From contig JBBIMT010000001.1 in NCBI GenBank assembly GCA_037444265.1, positions 1-50,873 on the forward strand: a DNA stretch of 50,873 nucleotides. Direction: 5' to 3'. Position numbers and translations under genes: made by a program. Origin of the DNA: a bacterium (GTDB taxonomy: Bacteria > Patescibacteriota > Minisyncoccia > 2-01-FULL-47-10 > JBBIMT01). A model generated the notes under the pieces. The model was not told where the DNA came from. It saw nothing but the letters and a program-made list of their open reading frames with translations, and made no database searches. Below, in pieces: positions 45,914 through 50,873 of this stretch (positions are counted from its first letter, which is position 1; each line of letters starts with the position of its first letter).

Positions 45914-47746
45914 ATGAAGCAAATGGTTAAAAATTATGTTAATTTTCTTTTACTGTTGATGCTTGGCGTCTTAGCCTTTTCCTTTTTTGTTCAAAATAAT
46001 ACTCAAAAACCAGAAATAATAGATTTTAGCGAAGTCCTAAAACTTGTAAATGATGGCAAAGTGGCAGCAATCGAAATTACAGGCAACGATTTGTTGATAA
46101 AACTCATCGATAATACTGAAAAAAAATCGCGCAAAGAACCCGAAAGCAGTATTATTGAAACTTTTAAAAATTATGGAATTGAGCCTGAAAAATATCGTAA
46201 TATTAAAATAACGATTTTTGACAACAGTCCACGATTATATTTTTTGAGCGTACTACTTTCTAGTGTTTTGCCAGTAGTTTTAATCGGACTTTTAATTTGG
46301 TTTTTCGCTCGACAAGCATTTAGAGGACAAGCTCAAGCCTTAGGATTTGGCCAAGCAAATCCCCGACTAGCTCATTTTCAAGAAAAAAATAGAGTTACTT
46401 TTAAAGATGTAGCTGGAATGAAGGAGGCTAAAGAAGAATTAAAAGAAATAGTTGATTTTTTGCGTAATCCTAAAAAATATTTGGACATTGGAGCAAAAAT
46501 TCCTCGAGGAGTTTTGTTAATGGGTCCGCCAGGTTCTGGAAAAACATTACTTGCTCGCGCTGTAGCAGGAGAAGCTAATGTTCCATTTTTCCATATTTCT
46601 GGTTCAGAGTTCGTAGAAATGTTCGTTGGGGTTGGAGCAGCAAGAGTACGGGATCTTTTCAATAAAGCCAAAAAAGCAGCACCGGCAATCATTTTTATTG
46701 ATGAAATAGATGCAGTCGGTAGACATAGAGGCGCTGGCCTTGGAGGTGGTCATGATGAAAGAGAACAAACATTAAATCAAATTTTAGTAGAAATGGACGG
46801 GTTTGAGAAAGACACAAATTTAATTGTAATGTCCGCCACCAATAGACCAGATGTTTTAGATCCTGCTTTATTAAGACCTGGTCGTTTCGATAGACGGGTA
46901 GTTTTAGATAATCCTGATATTAACGCGCGAGAAGAAATATTATTATTACATTCAAAAAATAAACCACTAGATAAGAATGTTAATCTGCGGGAAATAGCTG
47001 AAAGAACGCCAGGATTTTCCGGAGCCGATTTAGAAAATCTTTTAAATGAAAGCGCGATTTTAGCTGCTCGTGAAGGGCGAAAAAAAATTACTCAAGAAGA
47101 CTTGATGCGTTCTATGGAAAAAGTTTTATTAGGACTCGAAAGAAAAAGTCGAATTTTAACTGAAAAAGAAAAACGTATTGCCGCATATCATGAAGCAGGA
47201 CATGCCTTGACAGCTCATTTACTCCCTAACACTGATCCCGTTAGAAAAATTTCGATTATCAGTCGCGGAATGGCTGCTGGTTACACCTTAAAACTGCCTT
47301 CTGAAGATAGACATTTTTTCAGTTATTCTCAATTTTTAGATGAACTGACAACTTTGCTTGGCGGATACGCTGCAGAAAAAATCATTTTTAATGAAGTAAC
47401 AACAGGAGCTTCAAATGACTTAGAGCGCGCTACAAAAATTGCTAAAGATATAGTAATGCGCTATGGAATGAGTGAAAATTTAGGGCCTGTCGTTTTGGGA
47501 GATCGCGATGAATTAATATTATTAGGGCGCGAAATTACCACTCATCGTACCTATTCAGAAGAAATTGCCGCCAGAATTGATAAAGAAGTGGAACTATTAT
47601 TGAAAAACTCTTTAAAAAAAGCCATTGATCTTTTAACTTCAAATAGAGATACTTTAGAAAAACTTACTGCTGTTTTAATCCAGAAAGAATCAATAGAGCG
47701 TGAAGAGTTTGAGGCAATTGTTGGTCCAAAAAAAATCAATGATTGA
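45914..47746 (+). CDS. ftsH: ATP-dependent zinc metalloprotease FtsH
   Basis: Two N-terminal TM helices, Walker [21 protein letters not shown] region, and the zinc site HEAGHAL. Confidence 0.96.
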   Translation: MKQMVKNYVNFLLLLMLGVLAFSFFVQNNTQKPEIIDFSEVLKLVNDGKVAAIEITGNDLLIKLIDNTEKKSRKEPESSIIETFKNYGIEPEKYRNIKITIFDNSPRLYFLSVLLSSVLPVVLIGLLIWFFARQAFRGQAQALGFGQANPRLAHFQEKNRVTFKDVAGMKEAKEELKEIVDFLRNPKKYLDIGAKIPRGVLLMGPPGSGKTLLARAVAGEANVPFFHISGSEFVEMFVGVGAARVRDLFNKAKKAAPAIIFIDEIDAVGRHRGAGLGGGHDEREQTLNQILVEMDGFEKDTNLIVMSATNRPDVLDPALLRPGRFDRRVVLDNPDINAREEILLLHSKNKPLDKNVNLREIAERTPGFSGADLENLLNESAILAAREGRKKITQEDLMRSMEKVLLGLERKSRILTEKEKRIAAYHEAGHALTAHLLPNTDPVRKISIISRGMAAGYTLKLPSEDRHFFSYSQFLDELTTLLGGYAAEKIIFNEVTTGASNDLERATKIAKDIVMRYGMSENLGPVVLGDRDELILLGREITTHRTYSEEIAARIDKEVELLLKNSLKKAIDLLTSNRDTLEKLTAVLIQKESIEREEFEAIVGPKKIND

Positions 47747-47890
47747 TTTATTATTGAATGATTTGAAATTATTTTCGTATTATATTTTAATCGAATATTC
47801 TATCAAAAATCAAAAAATCTATCGAACATTTTTAACAACTCTAAAATATAATTTAAAATATTTTTAATTTTTTATAATATGTCAACTTTT

Positions 47891-47962
<72 letters not shown>

Positions 47963-48443
47963 AAATACATAAAACTTTCTCGCATTCATAATCTCAAGTA
48001 GATATTTAATTTAAATAGCGCCAAAACGATTTTTTATATTGATACTAGTTTTTTAACAAATACTTTTAAAAAAAATTTTAAAGAATAAATGGCTTTTTAG
48101 TTGATAATGAAAAAATAAACTAATGAGTTTTTAAATAATTAACGCACAAAATTTATCAGATTAAACAAAATAAATGTAGAAAGTTTTTTTTCATTTTGTT
48201 TTAGTTTAAAAAATTAAAAATAAGGCCTTAAAAGATTTTTAATGATTTTAGACTGATTCATTTTGATCAAAAATTTAAATTGAATTGCATTTTTTTAATT
48301 ATATATTACTATTAAAAAAATTGCTGATAAGACTATCAATATAAAAACTGACAAAATAAGGAGATAAAAAATTAAGCCTTTGTAATTTTATTGAAGATTT
48401 GAGTTTTTTTTAAAAATTTGTTATATTTTTATATCATAAAACA

Positions 48444-48532
48444 GCCCGGGTGGCGGAATTGGCATACGCGCAAGACTTAAAATCTTGTGCCATCTCGATG
48501 GCTTGAGGGTTCGAGTCCCTCCCCGGGCACCA
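48444..48532 (+). tRNA. tRNA-Leu (anticodon TAA), long variable arm, CCA encoded
   Basis: Acceptor GCCCGGG/CCCGGGC plus A plus CCA, anticodon arm CAAGA-CTTAAAA-TCTTG, T-loop GGTTCGAGTCC. Confidence 0.92.
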
Positions 48533-48823
48533 AGATTTGACTTTCGGAAAAATGAAAGGTTTACTCTGCCCTATCCCACCAGTTACTGCAAAACAACAAT
48601 AGCCTGCCTTTTAGAGAAATTTTTTTAATATTTTTATTTGGCGCTCGTTGATTTTTAAAAAAAAATTTTTGTTTGACTTCTTTTCAATCGTGCGGATAAC
48701 CAAGTTTCTCAGATTTAAATTTTTTTTAAAATAGATTTAAAAAAAATATATAATTACAGCAAATAAACAAAATTGATTAAAACAGAGATTGGTGAACTAA
48801 CATTTGAACACTCTTAGAAAATT

Positions 48824-48860
48824 AAAAAAAGCATCCGAGCTATAAGCTTGGATGCTTTTT
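48824..48860. terminator. Bidirectional intrinsic terminator downstream of the PRTase-like gene
   Basis: A7, then GCATCC (48831-48836), loop, GGATGC (48850-48855), then T5. Confidence 0.7.
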
Positions 48861-48899
48861 ATTTAGACGATATTTATTACTTAAACTAAAAAAATTAGT

Positions 48900-49523
48900 T
48901 TAGCTTAAAACGGACTTGCTTGATTGACAAAAAAAATTGAAAAGCTCACTCGCTTGAAAAAGCGTATATACATTATATCCCTTTTCTTCCAAAACCTCCT
49001 TGCCTCCTTTTTCATCATCGATAACAACTAAAATATCGTAGACCTTTAGATCATTTTCTTGTAAAACTTTTATCGCTTCAAGCTTTGAAGTGGCTTCATT
49101 AACAACATCGTCAATCAATAAAATTGTTTCATTTGGTTTCCAAATGCCTTGCGATATTGCCATTATCTTTTGCTTTTTTTTATTTTTCTCTTTCCAAAAC
49201 TTTATCAAAGAGCAATAGTGGCCAAAACGCGGCGCAAGCGAAAATGCTTCAGCTATACTTTCTCCAACTTCAGAAATACCAACAATCTGATTAAATCGCA
49301 AATTTAACTTACAAGAAAAGTCAAAAAGTAATTCGCCGATTTGTTTAATAAGCTGAGGTTCAAAAAGCTCGCCTTTAAAGTGAGTCTTTAAACGCCAATC
49401 GAAGTAAAATAACGATGATAGCTTCTCTGGCTCTGCTTTATAAAATTTCAACTTAAACCTTACTGCGCCGACATCAAAAAGTTTAAACGCCAACTCTTTC
49501 TTCCGTCTATCGAAATTTGTCAT
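48900..49523 (-). CDS. Type I phosphoribosyltransferase family protein (orotate PRTase-like) with an atypical PRPP loop
   Basis: The PRTase motif ILLIDDVVNEATS is followed by DILVVIDDEKGG. The overall size is PyrE-like. Confidence 0.6.
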   Translation of the reverse strand: MTNFDRRKKELAFKLFDVGAVRFKLKFYKAEPEKLSSLFYFDWRLKTHFKGELFEPQLIKQIGELLFDFSCKLNLRFNQIVGISEVGESIAEAFSLAPRFGHYCSLIKFWKEKNKKKQKIMAISQGIWKPNETILLIDDVVNEATSKLEAIKVLQENDLKVYDILVVIDDEKGGKEVLEEKGYNVYTLFQASELFNFFCQSSKSVLS

Positions 49524-49671
49524 TTTTTCCTCCTTTTAATGAACAAGGTGTTATAAATTTACACAAAAAAAAATCAAGAATCAATATTTACATTTTGTCA
49601 GTTTTAGATTAAAATTTAAAAATTTAAAGGTCGAAAAAATGATAAATAAAAATTAACTTTTTTTAAAAAAA

Positions 49672-50130
49672 ATGAAAAAAAATAATATTATCATAGCGGT
49701 AGTTATTGTTATTTTTATTTTAGCGGCTTTATTATTATTAAAAAAACCAGCGCCTGAAAAAAATCAGATGCAAAAATTACCTGGACCTCCTTTAACTCAA
49801 GAATCAAATAACCAAAATCCCAATCAGCAAATCAAAGAATTTACAATAGATTCTTGGTCTGAAAAAGACGTAGATGGTAAATGGAAACCGCAATTTTCAC
49901 TTAAAGAAATTGTTGTGAAAAAAGGAGATAAAGTTAAAATAAATATCAATGTGAAAAGCGGTAGACATGATTTTAAAATAGATGAGTTTAATATCTATAA
50001 AGATACTCCAACTGGCCAAATAACCACTGTAGAATTTATTGCCGATAAAGTTGGCGAATTTGTGTATTACTGTGCTCAACCAGGACATAGAGAATTAGGG
50101 CAATGGGGAATTTTAAAAGTAACTGAATAA
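49672..50130 (+). CDS. Membrane-anchored cupredoxin (blue-copper) domain protein
   Basis: N-terminal TM anchor. Ligand pattern GRHDF ... YYCAQPGHRELGQWGILKV (His, Cys, His, with Gln where Met is usual). Confidence 0.75.
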   Translation: MKKNNIIIAVVIVIFILAALLLLKKPAPEKNQMQKLPGPPLTQESNNQNPNQQIKEFTIDSWSEKDVDGKWKPQFSLKEIVVKKGDKVKININVKSGRHDFKIDEFNIYKDTPTGQITTVEFIADKVGEFVYYCAQPGHRELGQWGILKVTE

Positions 50131-50150
50131 CTTTAAAGATAGAAACATCA

Positions 50151-50186
50151 AAAAAGCCCCCTTTTTTTAAAAAGGGGGCTTTTTTA
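50151..50186. terminator. Strong bidirectional intrinsic terminator between the cupredoxin and ppsA genes
   Basis: AAAAAGCCCCC-T8-AAAAAGGGGGC followed by TTTTTT (stem 50156-50161 with 50175-50180). Confidence 0.85.
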
Positions 50187-50251
50187 TATTTTAAGTTTCT
50201 TGAAGAAACTGAAGTTAAAATTTTAATAAATAATATCTATAAAAAACTTAT

Positions 50252-50873
50252 TTAACTTATCTGTTGTTCTGTTTCTGCTTTGGCTATTTTGAAAAGCGTT
50301 GGGATAACCGTGTCAGGGTTTAATGAAATACTCTCAATTCCCTCTTTAACTAAAAATTCAGCAAATCCTTCAAGATCTGATGGTCCTTGTCCGCAAATAC
50401 CAATATATTTCCCTCTTTCGCGACATTTATTAATAATATTTTTGATAAGGATTTTAACTGCCTCATTATTTTCGTTTCCAATATGAGCTAAAATACCCGC
50501 ATCTCGATCAAGTCCTAAAGTTAACTGGGTCAAATCGTTTGAACCAATACTCATACCATCACAAAGATCCAAAAACTGATCAGCAAGTAAAACATTAGAA
50601 GGAATTTCGCACATTAAATAAACAGGAACAGGCTCTTCGTTTTGATAATCTTCATTGTTGTTTTTTATAAAATTAGTAACAAGTCCATTTTGCGCCATAA
50701 TTTTTAATGTTTCTTTAACTTCTTCGATTGTTCGACAAAATGGAATCATTGGTATAACATTTTTAAGCCCGAACTCGTTGCGCACTTTTTTTAAAGCCTT
50801 ACACTCAAGCCCAAAAGCATCTTTAAATTTCTCATCGTAATATCGCGACGCTCCTCGCCAACCAATCATTGGA
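50252..50873 (-). CDS. ppsA: Phosphoenolpyruvate synthase, C-terminal PEP-utilising TIM-barrel domain (5' end outside the window)
   Basis: PMIGWRGASRYY, FCRTIEEV, MCEIPSN, SIGSNDLTQLTLGLDRD and ICGQGPSD. The frame is open to the window edge. Confidence 0.85.
   Translation of the reverse strand, partial: PMIGWRGASRYYDEKFKDAFGLECKALKKVRNEFGLKNVIPMIPFCRTIEEVKETLKIMAQNGLVTNFIKNNNEDYQNEEPVPVYLMCEIPSNVLLADQFLDLCDGMSIGSNDLTQLTLGLDRDAGILAHIGNENNEAVKILIKNIINKCRERGKYIGICGQGPSDLEGFAEFLVKEGIESISLNPDTVIPTLFKIAKAETEQQIS

Noticed and set aside
46378-46692. 104-aa minus-strand ORF within ftsH
   Set aside because: It is antisense to the AAA+ core of ftsH and is a shadow ORF. The same reasoning applies to 3036-3287, 5820-6065, 6468-6680, 9648-9848, 10443-11256, 21453-21731, 23609-23897, 31724-31999, 33724-33927, 36478-36693, 40036-40242, 47551-47739, 49897-50088 and 50280-50840.
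48691-48699. Replication origin in the AT-rich tRNA tract
   Set aside because: Only one near-consensus DnaA box (TGCGGATAA, 8/9) is visible. There is no cluster of boxes and no dnaA or dnaN nearby. The evidence is insufficient.

Overview
This is a 50.9-kb chromosomal segment from a strongly AT-rich, tightly packed bacterial genome. It uses the standard genetic code: TGA, TAA and TAG all end well-supported genes. The gene content suggests a Patescibacteria/CPR (Parcubacteria-like) organism, but that is inference only. The pointers are a minimal housekeeping set, an archaeal-type UMP kinase, GspG-like pilin head domains, TrbC/VirB2-type pilin modules, an orphan solute-binding protein and low-complexity tails on core proteins. 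I call about 45 CDS (two run off the window edges) and 5 tRNAs: Leu-TAG, Lys-CTT, Arg-TCG, Cys-GCA and Leu-TAA. I also call one candidate structured RNA or palindromic element, several intrinsic terminators and a few sigma70-like promoters. Most genes are core: valS, hsp20, gyrA, tsaD, nusA-tig-clpP, gpmI, comM/yifB, rpsO-pnp, cca, dtd-trpS-rpsF-ssb-rpsR, recA, a Xer recombinase, an S1-domain protein, ftsH and ppsA. Five regions look non-core or unusual. (1) The best candidate for an undescribed system is a three-gene minus-strand locus at 7434-12115. All three products end in a TrbC/VirB2-like two-TM pilin module. Two of them carry 450-600-aa extensions with poly-Pro tracts and dense cysteine-rich mini-domains. 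(2) A VirD4/TrwB-like coupling-type ATPase with a small partner gene (24223-27041) sits where clpX normally follows tig-clpP. (3) A roughly 235-nt GC-enriched multi-helix element (30957-31189) matches no RNA family I can recognise by eye. (4) valS contains a perfect in-frame 111-bp tandem duplication. (5) A NYN-domain gene is wedged into the rpsO-pnp operon with an ATGA overlap. I saw no CRISPR array, IS element or prophage.
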